DNA from: a bacterium
GTDB lineage: Bacteria > UBA8248
NCBI GenBank assembly: GCA_965207065.1
Contig: OZ242260.1
Span: 640,001-704,000, forward strand
Direction of reading: 5' to 3'
DNA: 64,000 nt
Each line of letters opens with the position of its first letter. Positions within the stretch are counted from its first letter, which is position 1. Both the position numbers and the translations under genes were made by a program. This document shows, piece after piece, positions 28,291-37,846 of this stretch. The notes beneath the pieces were generated by a model. It was given only the letters and a program-made list of their open reading frames with translations, was not told the DNA's origin and ran no database searches.

Positions 28291-29397
28291 CTATTCCAGA
28301 ACGATTTTCCCCATGCCGTCCTTCCGTGTGATCCGGGTGGCGAACTCTGCCGAGAGCCTCTCCACGAGGTCGATCACCCCTTCGGCTCTCTCCCCTTCGA
28401 CCAAGCCGGAATTACCTGCATCGTCAATCGAAGCGGGAACGAAGCCCAATTCAACTACCCCGTCCTTTTCGACCGTGAGTTCAAAGAGGGCCGTCTGCCT
28501 CGGCATGCGCTTTTTGATGAGTTCGGGCGTCATCACGCCGCCGTAGGAGAGTTCGGGGCTTCCGACATCGGGCAGTTCGTGGAAGATGAAATTCCCGATT
28601 CCGTAGAGGATCGGCTTTCCCTTGTAGATTTCGACCGCCTGAAGCGTGTGGGAGTGATGCCCGAGAACCACATCCGCGCCCGCGTCCACGAGCGCGCGGC
28701 CGACGCACGTCTGGTATTCCGCCAGATCGTAGCGGCTCGCCAGCCCCCAATGACCGGCGATGATCACGACCTCCGCCTCTTGTTTCGCCGCCGCCACGAC
28801 TTTCTGCATGCGCGTGATATCGGCCTGGAGCGGAAAAGTCTTCACCGGAGGGGGCGTGCCGGGTTGTTCCTGGGTTCTCGGGCTCGGCTCCAGGACGAAA
28901 GCGGAAAAGACATGGATGGGCGCGAGGCCCGGGCGCTCCTCACCAGCAGCGCAGCCGAGCGGAAGGGTGGAGGCATAACCCAAAAAAGCCACGCGGACCC
29001 CGGCCTTCTCGATGATGGCCGGCGCGTACGCTTCCTCCAGATTCCGGCCCGCTCCCACGCGCCGGACCCCCTTCTCGTCGAGAAGGGACAGGGTGTCGAA
29101 AAGCGCATCGTAGCCGTAGTCGAGCATGTGGTTGTTCGCGAGGGTGACGACGTCCACCCCCATTTCGTCCAACTCGTCGATCAGGGAAGGGTGGGAGCGC
29201 AGAAACGTGTATTTTTCGGCCGGATAGCCCCTTTCGGAATAAGGGCTCTCCAGGTTGATGAACGTCATGTCGGCCCTTGCCATACGTTCGAACAGGGCGC
29301 GCACGGGTTCCGCCCCCGGCTCTCCCGGACGAGGAAGCTTCTTGCCGATGAACACGTCCCCGGCCAACGCGATGGAAACCGTCCCTTCGTTGGACAT
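28291..29397 (-). CDS. CapA family (metallophosphoesterase-fold) protein
   Basis: AGD, NLES, LANNHMLDYG, HWG, GHHSH, YGIGNFIF. Confidence 0.88.
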   Translation of the reverse strand: MSNEGTVSIALAGDVFIGKKLPRPGEPGAEPVRALFERMARADMTFINLESPYSERGYPAEKYTFLRSHPSLIDELDEMGVDVVTLANNHMLDYGYDALFDTLSLLDEKGVRRVGAGRNLEEAYAPAIIEKAGVRVAFLGYASTLPLGCAAGEERPGLAPIHVFSAFVLEPSPRTQEQPGTPPPVKTFPLQADITRMQKVVAAAKQEAEVVIIAGHWGLASRYDLAEYQTCVGRALVDAGADVVLGHHSHTLQAVEIYKGKPILYGIGNFIFHELPDVGSPELSYGGVMTPELIKKRMPRQTALFELTVEKDGVVELGFVPASIDDAGNSGLVEGERAEGVIDLVERLSAEFATRITRKDGMGKIVLE

Positions 29398-29403
29398 TCC
29401 GTA

Positions 29404-30495
29404 TCACTCCTTCTGCATCGATGAGGCCGCCATTTCTCCGAGCCCGACCATGCCGCGGCCGCCTTCGAGCTCGATCACCGTTCCGTATTTCGCCGACATG
29501 TCGGACACTTCTCCCAGGCTCCGCGCCGCTTCCTTCTCTTCGGCGAGGCGCGGGTGTCCCGACGGGTCCAGAACGAGCGGCGCGAGCGCCAGTTCGCCCA
29601 CTCCATCGACCCCGAGACGGGCTTCCACCAGCAGTTCGTCTTTCGACATGAAATCGTACACGTTCCTGGACATACCTTCGGGAAGCTCGTGAAACAGGAA
29701 ATTGCTCACACCGTAGACAACCGGCGTGTTCCCGGCCATCTCCACCGGCTGAATGCAATGCGCGTGGTGGCCGACGATGAGGTCCGCGCCCGCTGCGGCG
29801 AGAGCGCCTCCGGCGTCGCGCTGGTAATCCATGAGGGCGCTCACGTTCGGCAACCCCCAGTGGGGCAGGACGACCACGATATCGGAGGAGTTTTTCGCCT
29901 CGCGCACCGCGTTCTGGAGGGTCCGGACGTCCTCGGGGGAGGCGAAAGTCATGGCGGGAGGCGGCGTGCCCGGCTGCTCCTGGGTCCGCGCGCTCGGCTC
30001 GACCACCCAGGCCGTGAAGACGTGCAGCGGGTTCACGCCCGGCCTGTCTTCTCCCGCCGCGCTTCCCAGGGGAAGCGTGGCCGCACACGCCAGAAAAGCC
30101 ACGCGGATGCCCCCCGCCTCGAGAACCAGCGGACGCGACGCTTCTTCGATGTTCCTGCCCGCCCCCACGAAGGGGATTCCTTCGCTTTCCAGAACTTCCA
30201 AGGTGTCCAGGAGGGCGTCCGGACCGTAGTCGAGCATGTGGTTGTTCGCTATCGTGACGCAATCGACGCCCAGGTGATGCAGATCTTTCGCGCGCTCCGG
30301 CGCCGCCCGCATGCGGACGATCTTCTCGGCCGGCGCGCCCCGCCGCGAAAGCGGCATCTCCAGAACGCACACCGAAAGATCCGCCGCCCGGAGCCTGTCG
30401 AGCACGGTTTCAAGGCGGGGTTCGTCCCGGGGGAGCGGGCGGTTGACCCAGAAGTCTCCCGCGACGGCCAACGTGATCGTATCGGCTGCGCTCAT
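29404..30495 (-). CDS. CapA family protein
   Basis: AGD, LE, ANNHMLDYG, PHWG, GHHAH, YGVSNF. Confidence 0.88.
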   Translation of the reverse strand: MSAADTITLAVAGDFWVNRPLPRDEPRLETVLDRLRAADLSVCVLEMPLSRRGAPAEKIVRMRAAPERAKDLHHLGVDCVTIANNHMLDYGPDALLDTLEVLESEGIPFVGAGRNIEEASRPLVLEAGGIRVAFLACAATLPLGSAAGEDRPGVNPLHVFTAWVVEPSARTQEQPGTPPPAMTFASPEDVRTLQNAVREAKNSSDIVVVLPHWGLPNVSALMDYQRDAGGALAAAGADLIVGHHAHCIQPVEMAGNTPVVYGVSNFLFHELPEGMSRNVYDFMSKDELLVEARLGVDGVGELALAPLVLDPSGHPRLAEEKEAARSLGEVSDMSAKYGTVIELEGGRGMVGLGEMAASSMQKE

Positions 30496-31892
30496 CGCTT
30501 TTTACCCATCCGCAGGAACCGCCCGTCCGTGCGCCTGAGCCGGGCGATTCGCATGAGCGCCCGGTCTACCTGCTGCGGGCATGTGCCGATGTAGTTTTCC
30601 GGATTTGTGACCTCGTCGATTTCCTCGGCGGTGAGGTGTTTTCGCGCGAGCGGATCCGCGAGGAGGCACTCCTTGAGCGAGCGTCCCTCTTCCCTCGCCA
30701 GTTGGGCGGCGTCATGGCAGATGGTATGGGCTTCGACCTTTCGCTTCGTCTTCTGATACAGGCGCAGCATCACCGCCTCGGTCATGGTGAGCTCCCGTTG
30801 AAGCTCGAGATTGCGCCGCATCGCTTTCTTGTCGACGATGAGGCCGCCGTAGATATGTTTGGCCGCCGCGATAGCGGATGACGCCAAGCCGAAGCTCTCG
30901 GCGATACGCGAGAATTCCACGGCGTAGCGGCTCGCGTCGCGCTCGTGCTGCTGCTGGACATCCATCATGGCGAGCGCATTCGTCCGTGAAAGCTTGGCGA
31001 GTCCTTCCTGCCATTCACTCGTCTCGGGATTGCGTTTGTGTGGGAAGGTGCTGCTGCTGTGCTGGTGTTCGATGTCCCAGGGCTCCGCCACCTCGGCCAC
31101 TTCGGTACGCTGGAGGTCGCGGATATCCATCCCCGCTTCTCCCAGTGTTGAATTGATCAGCGCGAGAATGTTGAGCAATTCCGCAAAGCGGTCCGTCCGG
31201 TGATGCATGCTCATGTAGGGAACATGGAGCGACAGCCGCCTGGCCACCAGCGTTTCCATCCGCCGGGTGGTTTGAAGATCGCTCAGGTAGACGAAAGTGG
31301 ACTGAGCGCCGGTTCCGGAAGAGACGTTCGCGTAAAAAAGCCGCTTGCTGCACTCCTTCAGCCGCTCGACGTGATCCCGGAGCTCGCTGCTGAGAATCGC
31401 CATCTTCTGGCCGTATGTGACGGGAGAGGCCTGCTGCCCCTCCGTTCGACCGGCCATGACGGTGGCGCGATGACGCCGGGCCAGACGGACGAGGATGGAT
31501 TCGAGCGCTCGAAGCTCTTTGAGCAGGAGGACGTAAGACTCGCGTATCTGCAGCGTCAGCCCGCCATCCAGGATGTCCTGGGTCGTCGTTCCGAGATGGA
31601 AATATTCCCCTTCCGGTCCCGACACCTTCGCGAAAGCATGAACCAGCGAAACGATCCAGTGGCGCGCCTTCTCGAACTCGCGGTAGACGAGAAGGGGAGT
31701 GACCTTCTTCGCGTCGCAACCGCGCACGATGGCCCTGGACGCCCATTTCGGAATCATCTTCAGTTCCCCTTGCGACCAGGCGATGGCCGCTTCCACGTCG
31801 AGCCATTTCTGGACCATGTTCTCTTCCGTCCAGACAGCCCGCATCTCGGGCGTGGCGTAATAATCACGAAGCAACAGGCACTGATCTTTCAT
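30492..31892 (-). CDS. adenylosuccinate lyase/CMLE-like fumarase-aspartase superfamily lyase
   Basis: HLGTTTQDI, MAGRTEGQQA, EVAE, SSSTFPHKRNPE, QHERD. Confidence 0.85.
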   Translation of the reverse strand: MKDQCLLLRDYYATPEMRAVWTEENMVQKWLDVEAAIAWSQGELKMIPKWASRAIVRGCDAKKVTPLLVYREFEKARHWIVSLVHAFAKVSGPEGEYFHLGTTTQDILDGGLTLQIRESYVLLLKELRALESILVRLARRHRATVMAGRTEGQQASPVTYGQKMAILSSELRDHVERLKECSKRLFYANVSSGTGAQSTFVYLSDLQTTRRMETLVARRLSLHVPYMSMHHRTDRFAELLNILALINSTLGEAGMDIRDLQRTEVAEVAEPWDIEHQHSSSTFPHKRNPETSEWQEGLAKLSRTNALAMMDVQQQHERDASRYAVEFSRIAESFGLASSAIAAAKHIYGGLIVDKKAMRRNLELQRELTMTEAVMLRLYQKTKRKVEAHTICHDAAQLAREEGRSLKECLLADPLARKHLTAEEIDEVTNPENYIGTCPQQVDRALMRIARLRRTDGRFLRMGKKR

Positions 31893-31942
31893 TTCTTCTC
31901 CGTGTTCATCCGTTGTTTGGAGGAATGAATGGAATCAAAAGC

Positions 31943-33328
31943 TCAATCCAGCGATGGTTGCGCAAAACGGCCGCTGCCCGGCGGGACCACCACATCTCCG
32001 TCCCTGGCGATCAGCTCCCCGCGCAGAAAGGTCATCACCGGCGCGCCCACAAAAGTTCTGTTGGCGAAGGCCGTGTAATTTCCTTTACTTTTCCCCTTCA
32101 CCGGATCGACGAGCACGGTCCGCTCCATATCGACCACCACGAGATCGGCGTCCGCTCCCGTGCGGATCGTCCCCTTTTTCGGGTAAAGGCGGAAAATCCT
32201 CGCCGGCGCCTCGCACAAACGCGCAACGAGCGTCGGGAGCGTCAGGCGACCTTGACTCACTTCGTTCAGCATCGAAGGCAGAAAAATTTCGAGGCCGGGT
32301 CCGCCGGGTGGAGCGATCCATATATTTTCGTTGTTCTTCAGCTCGTTGATCTGGGGGGCGTGGTCGGTTCCCATCGTGTCGATGGTCCCGTCCAGGAACC
32401 CTTCGCGGAGAGCATCGCGATCGGCGGCTGTCTTGACAGGCGGGCTGAATTTTCCCCATGAACCCACCGCGTGAAGGTCCTTGTCGCACAAGAGCAGATT
32501 GCACGGCGCCACTTCGGAGGTGATCTTGGCATTTTTTTTCTTCGCGTTGCGGATGAGTTGAACCGCTTCGGCGCCGATGACATGACAGATATGCAAACGG
32601 GCGCCCGTAGCCGTGGACAGGGTGAGGGCATCGAAGACCGCGAGGTCTTCGGCGAAATTCGGCCGGCTCAGACGCCAGGCGTCGATGTCCGGCTTCATCG
32701 TTTCCTTGCATCGCTCGGTGAAGAGCTCGAGGATCGGATTCGATTCGGCGTGGATTCCAATCTGTCCATCGAAGACCGCGATTTCCTCGAACAGCAGGAA
32801 GAGCTTGTCGATGTCGACTGTAATGTAATTTGCGAAGTCTTCCTTGAAGGCCCCCGTTACGGCGGTGAAAATCTTGTAACCGATAGCGCCCAACTCCTGG
32901 AAGTGATGGAGCTCTTTTCGGTTCTGATCGCAAGCCCAGGCGTAGAGGGCGATATCCGCGTATGTGCGGTTTTCGATGAGCGCTTTTCGTTCGAGAAAAT
33001 CCTCGGGCGTGAGAACGTCGGGTATGCCGTTTGGCATCTGCATCACCGTCGTCACACCGCCGACGGCGGCGCAGGCGGTTCCTGTGGTGAAGTCTTCCTT
33101 TTCGGATTCCCCCATGTCGCGCAGGTGCACGTGGGGGTCGATGATACCCGGCAGAAGGAATTTCCCCCCGAGATCGATCTCCTCCGCACTTCTCCCGGGC
33201 AGGGGGCCCTCTTCGACCGAAGCAATCCGCCCGTCGCGCAGGACCACGTTGGCGCGGCGAATCTCTTCGGGCGTCACAACATTCGCGTTCATCAGATTGT
33301 AATCACGATTTACGTCTGGGGGCGTCAT
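31943..33328 (-). CDS. cyclic amidohydrolase (dihydroorotase/allantoinase/hydantoinase family)
   Basis: IDPHVHLR, GGVTT, MPN, GYKIF, HAE, HICH, TDHAP, GADADLV. Confidence 0.88.
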   Translation of the reverse strand: MTPPDVNRDYNLMNANVVTPEEIRRANVVLRDGRIASVEEGPLPGRSAEEIDLGGKFLLPGIIDPHVHLRDMGESEKEDFTTGTACAAVGGVTTVMQMPNGIPDVLTPEDFLERKALIENRTYADIALYAWACDQNRKELHHFQELGAIGYKIFTAVTGAFKEDFANYITVDIDKLFLLFEEIAVFDGQIGIHAESNPILELFTERCKETMKPDIDAWRLSRPNFAEDLAVFDALTLSTATGARLHICHVIGAEAVQLIRNAKKKNAKITSEVAPCNLLLCDKDLHAVGSWGKFSPPVKTAADRDALREGFLDGTIDTMGTDHAPQINELKNNENIWIAPPGGPGLEIFLPSMLNEVSQGRLTLPTLVARLCEAPARIFRLYPKKGTIRTGADADLVVVDMERTVLVDPVKGKSKGNYTAFANRTFVGAPVMTFLRGELIARDGDVVVPPGSGRFAQPSLD

Positions 33329-35331
33329 CGCTGTTCCTCTCGTGATGGGTAAGAAGACGTAACCTCATCCGCTCCCGCTCCGCGCCGGAGACGCAAGGAA
33401 ACATCTACGGATCTCCAGCGTTGCCAAGCGACCACTGCCAGCAACAGGATGAGGCCGGTTCCGTTCGCTGAAATCGAGAAAGGGATCAACAAAACCCCGG
33501 AGACCACCAGGAGAATGCGCTCCACGATGTGGAGCTCCCGCAGCATTCTTCCCTGAACTCCGTAAGTAAAGGCCAATATCCCCAAAAGGGAAGTCCCGAC
33601 CGAGTATATCACTTCCCAGGGGGTTCCAATAAAAACGAGGCCGGGGCTGTATACGAACATGAACGGGACGATGAACGCCGCCAGCCCGATGCGTATCGCC
33701 GTGAATCCCGTCCGCAATGGAGGCGCCTTGGCGATGGCGGCGCCCGCGTACGCGGCCAATGCGACCGGCGGCGTGATCGCCGAAATAATGCCGGAGTACA
33801 GGACAAAGAGGTGCGCCGATATCTTGGGCACTCCGGCCTTGATCAGGGAAGGTGCAATCAGCACCGCCAGAATAATGTAGGCCGGCATCGTGGGCATCCC
33901 CATCCCGAGAAGAATGCTGGTTATCATGCCGATCACAAGCATCGGGAGCAAAGCTTCATTGGCCAGTTCGAGGAGAGCGAATGAAACCTTCGCCCCCAGA
34001 CCCGTCAGCGTGAAAATGCTCACCACGATCCCCGCACACGCGCAGGCGAGCGCGACCTGCAGCGTGGCCATTGTTCCCGCACGAAGCGCACTGAGAATCT
34101 GCCGGGGCGATAAGCGACTGGCGGCTTTCAGGGAACTGACGGCGACCGTAGCCACAATCGCCCAAAAACCCGATTTTGTCGGGGACCAGTGCATGTACAT
34201 CAACATGAAAACGAGAATGACCGGTGGGGCGAGAAAGGGCCAGCCTTCCGAGAGAAGCCGCAACGGTTTGGGAAGCTCAGAGCGATCCATCCCCCGAAGC
34301 CCCAGTCGCACGGCTTCGAGGTCAACGGCAATGAACACCGCGACGTAATAGAGGATGGCGGGCAGCAGCGCCATGACGATAATCTCTCTGTATGTGACGT
34401 GGATCATCTCGATCATGATGAAAACGGCCGCGCCCATGATGGGGGGCATGAACTGGCCCCCTGTCGAGGACACCGCCTCGACCGCGGCGGCAAAGGTGGG
34501 CTGGTACCCCAGACGCTTCATCATCGGTATTGTGAACGTCCCCGTGCCCACGACGTTGGCCGTGGCGCTGCCCGAAATTGTGCCGAAAAGAGTACTCCCC
34601 ACAACCGCGACCTTTGCCGGCCCGCCTCGCACCCTGCCGAAAAGCCCGAAGGCGAGATCGATGAAAAATCGGCCCGCGCCGGTCTCTTGAAGAAAAGCCC
34701 CGAAGGTGATGAACAGAATGACGAATGTCGCTGAAACTCCGATCGGAAACCCGTAAATACCTTCCGTACTGGTGTAGGAGTGCTGCAAAATCCGCCCCCA
34801 GTCGTAACCGCGGTGCCCGAAGATGCCCGGCATGTTCGGACCCCAATAAGCGTAGATCACGAACGCCACGGCAACCAGAGGCAACGTCCAGCCGATGACC
34901 CTCCGGGTTGCTTCGAGAACCAGGATGATTGCGACGATTCCGAGAAGCATGTCCGTTAAATTCGGATTCCCGTCCCGGAAAGTGAGAACATGGTATTGAT
35001 CGATAATGTAGAGGCCTATGGTGATACTTCCGACAACGAAAATGGTGTCGAGAACTCGACCGAAAACATAGAACCGCTTGTCCGTTGAAGTCGGGTAAAG
35101 AAGGTATGTGAGAATCAGAAGCGGACTCAAGTGAATCGAACGTTGAATAAGCGCACCGTACGCACCGGCGAAGCCCGTGTACAGGTGGAAAACCGCCACT
35201 GCAATGGCCAGCCAGGTGATGACCGGGTTGAGAAAACGCTCGAAGGCGTTGTCCGGACGGGTCCGGCCGTGAACGATCACCCCCGCTTCTTCCGAATCCG
35301 GCGATTGCTTCGGTTCGCCATTCGCGTTCAC
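33325..35331 (-). CDS. TRAP transporter fused 4TM/12TM permease
   Basis: LEATRR, GHRG, GGPAKVAV, STGGQFMPPIMG, GMGMPT, ITPPVALAAY. Confidence 0.92.
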   Translation of the reverse strand: MNANGEPKQSPDSEEAGVIVHGRTRPDNAFERFLNPVITWLAIAVAVFHLYTGFAGAYGALIQRSIHLSPLLILTYLLYPTSTDKRFYVFGRVLDTIFVVGSITIGLYIIDQYHVLTFRDGNPNLTDMLLGIVAIILVLEATRRVIGWTLPLVAVAFVIYAYWGPNMPGIFGHRGYDWGRILQHSYTSTEGIYGFPIGVSATFVILFITFGAFLQETGAGRFFIDLAFGLFGRVRGGPAKVAVVGSTLFGTISGSATANVVGTGTFTIPMMKRLGYQPTFAAAVEAVSSTGGQFMPPIMGAAVFIMIEMIHVTYREIIVMALLPAILYYVAVFIAVDLEAVRLGLRGMDRSELPKPLRLLSEGWPFLAPPVILVFMLMYMHWSPTKSGFWAIVATVAVSSLKAASRLSPRQILSALRAGTMATLQVALACACAGIVVSIFTLTGLGAKVSFALLELANEALLPMLVIGMITSILLGMGMPTMPAYIILAVLIAPSLIKAGVPKISAHLFVLYSGIISAITPPVALAAYAGAAIAKAPPLRTGFTAIRIGLAAFIVPFMFVYSPGLVFIGTPWEVIYSVGTSLLGILAFTYGVQGRMLRELHIVERILLVVSGVLLIPFSISANGTGLILLLAVVAWQRWRSVDVSLRLRRGAGADEVTSSYPSREEQR

Positions 35332-35401
35332 TGAACGACTCCCTTGCGGTGATCGGCGCCCCCGCCCTCAGACGGAGGCGCCGAAATACCCGTACGACAG
35401 C

Positions 35402-36370
35402 TTACTTGATGCCCTTTTCCTTGAAGTAACGCGCGGCGCCGGGATGAATGGGGATGGGAATTTTCCCGGCAGAGCCTGGAAGTTTATATTTCGACCCGGC
35501 GCGGTGAATGGCGGCAAGCTCATCGGTGTGCTCAAGAACAGTTTTCGTCACCGCGTAGACCGTCGCGTTGTCCATATCCGCGTGGGTGATCACGATGGTC
35601 GCCGACGCCATCGCCCCGACGTCTCCCTTCATGCCGCCGTAAGTGCCCTTGGGAATGCTTGATGGGGTCCAATATGGATGAACCTTGCTGATTTTCTTCA
35701 TGTCTTCCATGGAGACGGGAACCAGTCTCACGTCGTGCGTCGTAGTGATGTCTTTTACCGCACCTCCCGGAATTCCGGCGAGTTGAATGGTCGCGTCAAT
35801 GGTTCCATCCTTCAGCGCCGCGACAGCTTCCGTCTGGGTCAGATGATCCGTTCGTGCGAACTGTTTGGTGCTGATCCCCAGAACCTCTAGCATCGCCACA
35901 CCCATTACCGCCGTGGAGCTACCCGGCTGGCCGATGGATATCCGTTTTCCTTTATAGTCATACACGCTCTTGATCCCCGACTTCCTGAGCGTCACGAAAT
36001 GCTCGATACTGGCGTGGCCGCTCATCAGAGCGCGGAGCTTGTATTTCTCTCCCGGCTTGAACCGCCCGCCTCCCTTCACCGCAAAGTAGGCGGCGTCCGG
36101 GGTCGTCAGACCAAAATCGGCTCTCTTGGTTCCGATGAGGCGCGTATTGCCGAAACCGCCTCCCGTGACCTCGGCGTTCGCCCGCATCCCCGAAACGTAT
36201 TTGGACAAGATCTTGGCCATGCCGGTTGCGACCACGATGTAGGTTCCGCCCGAAGCGCCGCCGGCGATGGTTACAAACTTCTTGGCGGCCTGGGCGGAGG
36301 AAATCGTCATCGCCAAAATGGCGACGACCACCACCGCGAACCTGATGAACGTCTTCATTGCGCGCATCAT
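35402..36370 (-). CDS. TAXI family TRAP solute-binding protein
   Basis: GASGGTY, TGGG..N, GQPGS, PIHPGAARYFKEKG. Confidence 0.92.
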   Translation of the reverse strand: MMRAMKTFIRFAVVVVAILAMTISSAQAAKKFVTIAGGASGGTYIVVATGMAKILSKYVSGMRANAEVTGGGFGNTRLIGTKRADFGLTTPDAAYFAVKGGGRFKPGEKYKLRALMSGHASIEHFVTLRKSGIKSVYDYKGKRISIGQPGSSTAVMGVAMLEVLGISTKQFARTDHLTQTEAVAALKDGTIDATIQLAGIPGGAVKDITTTHDVRLVPVSMEDMKKISKVHPYWTPSSIPKGTYGGMKGDVGAMASATIVITHADMDNATVYAVTKTVLEHTDELAAIHRAGSKYKLPGSAGKIPIPIHPGAARYFKEKGIK

Positions 36371-36489
36371 TTTCCGTCCTCCTTGGTTGGATAGACAAAG
36401 AACCTTCCTTGATTACCCGGAAGGATGATGAAGCCACAACAAGAGTCCGTATCAAAATGATTCGCAATAAATTCCCGAAAACAGGTTTC

Positions 36490-37281
36490 CTATTCTTCAG
36501 CTTCCTTCCAGCCCAGGGACGCCGAAACTTCTCGAGCGGCTCCGACGACCTGGACGGCAAGGGTTTCCCGGTTCGAGTTTTCGATCCGGTGAACCGGGGC
36601 CGAGAGCGTCATGGAAGCCGCAACATCGCCCCGTTCATCCAGCACCGGTGCGGAAATCGCCCTGGCCCCGACGATGAACTCCTGGTCGCTGTATGCGTAG
36701 CCCTTCTCACGAATCTCCCGGAGTTCTTTTCTTAATTTGACGGGATCGGTGATCGTATTTTTCGTCACTCTCGAAAGCTTCTGCTGCACGATCATTTCGA
36801 TATCCCGATCCGGCAATAAGGCGAGCAGGGCTTTCGACGCCGCCCCGACGTGCAATGACCGCACCTCTCCCACAAAAAACCGAGAGATGATCCTTTGGCG
36901 ACTTTCGATGCTCTCGATGCAAATGGTTTCCCGGCCCGATTTGATGCACAAAAAAGTCGTTTCCCCCGTTTCCGAGGTAAGCCTTCTCATGACGGGAAGC
37001 GCAAATTCGCAAAGGGTTCCATGATGCCCGTTCCGGGAACTATTATTCGAGAGGAGGGAGAGGGAGGGTCCCAACCGGTATTTTCCGTATTCCGCGGAAG
37101 CGTCCACGAAGCCCCTCGCCTGGAGGGTCTTGAGGAATCGGTAAGTCGTACTTTTGGGTAGCCGAATCTCGGAGGAGAGCTCATCCACAGAAGAAGAGCC
37201 GGACCCATGGGCTATCGCCCAGAGGAGATCGATGGCCTTGTCTATCGTCTTCAGGGAAGAGGCAGACATTGATATTCTCAT
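36490..37281 (-). CDS. IclR family transcriptional regulator
   Basis: LPKSTTYRFL HTH, YRLGP, TGET, GAASKA, GYA, AISAPV; start may be ATG 37269. Confidence 0.92.
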   Translation of the reverse strand: MRISMSASSLKTIDKAIDLLWAIAHGSGSSSVDELSSEIRLPKSTTYRFLKTLQARGFVDASAEYGKYRLGPSLSLLSNNSSRNGHHGTLCEFALPVMRRLTSETGETTFLCIKSGRETICIESIESRQRIISRFFVGEVRSLHVGAASKALLALLPDRDIEMIVQQKLSRVTKNTITDPVKLRKELREIREKGYAYSDQEFIVGARAISAPVLDERGDVAASMTLSAPVHRIENSNRETLAVQVVGAAREVSASLGWKEAEE

Positions 37282-37292
37282 TTATTGAGAAT
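37274..37292. promoter_or_regulatory. putative IclR operator
   Basis: ATTCTCA-tttat-TGAGAAT inverted repeat at the iclR start. Confidence 0.5.
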
Positions 37293-37846
37293 TATTTTCT
37301 TGTATATCAGTAAATATAGGTCTCGCACCCATACTTGTCAACCGATGCTCGTTTTGTCCCAATAGCGAATCTTGCAGCGCGAGAGGAAGCCCGAGATTTT
37401 TTTGTTTGTAGCTTCGGAGCGATAGGGGCAATTGTCCAGAAAGCTAACTGATTAGAGCAAATCATGAGCAAACGGTTCGAGGCAGGGATCCTGCTCTCCA
37501 GGGGATGAACCATTTTCCGGTAGTTTCTCACGGAGCTGACAGAGCGGAGTTTGAGGGCGGATATATCGCCCCGGCAGTAGATGGGACCCGGCGGATGACC
37601 CCGGGAAAATAATGAACCAGGTTTCCGCCCCGACGCGCTCTATCGCCCCGGACGGCTTACGCAAATCGCCGCAGGCCGTGTCGCGTGATCGAGACGAAAA
37701 TCACGGCCTTGACCCCGATTCGAGGCTCATCTAACCTGCTCTCTAAATTGAAAATAAATTTGCGCTGATGTCCGGTTTCAGGTCCCGGACGAATCTGATT
37801 CCGGCTCTTCGGAGTCGTGTGTTTCCATCTTCAAGGGGGGTTTCTC

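Noticed and set aside
28940-30370. Long alternative-frame ORFs (this one, 47437-48909, 6591-7787, 13892-15052 and similar)
   Set aside because: Arg/Gly/Pro-rich or antisense shadows of real genes, expected in high-GC DNA.
28291-30495. Poly-gamma-glutamate capsule locus
   Set aside because: No capB/capC and no membrane anchors on the CapA proteins.
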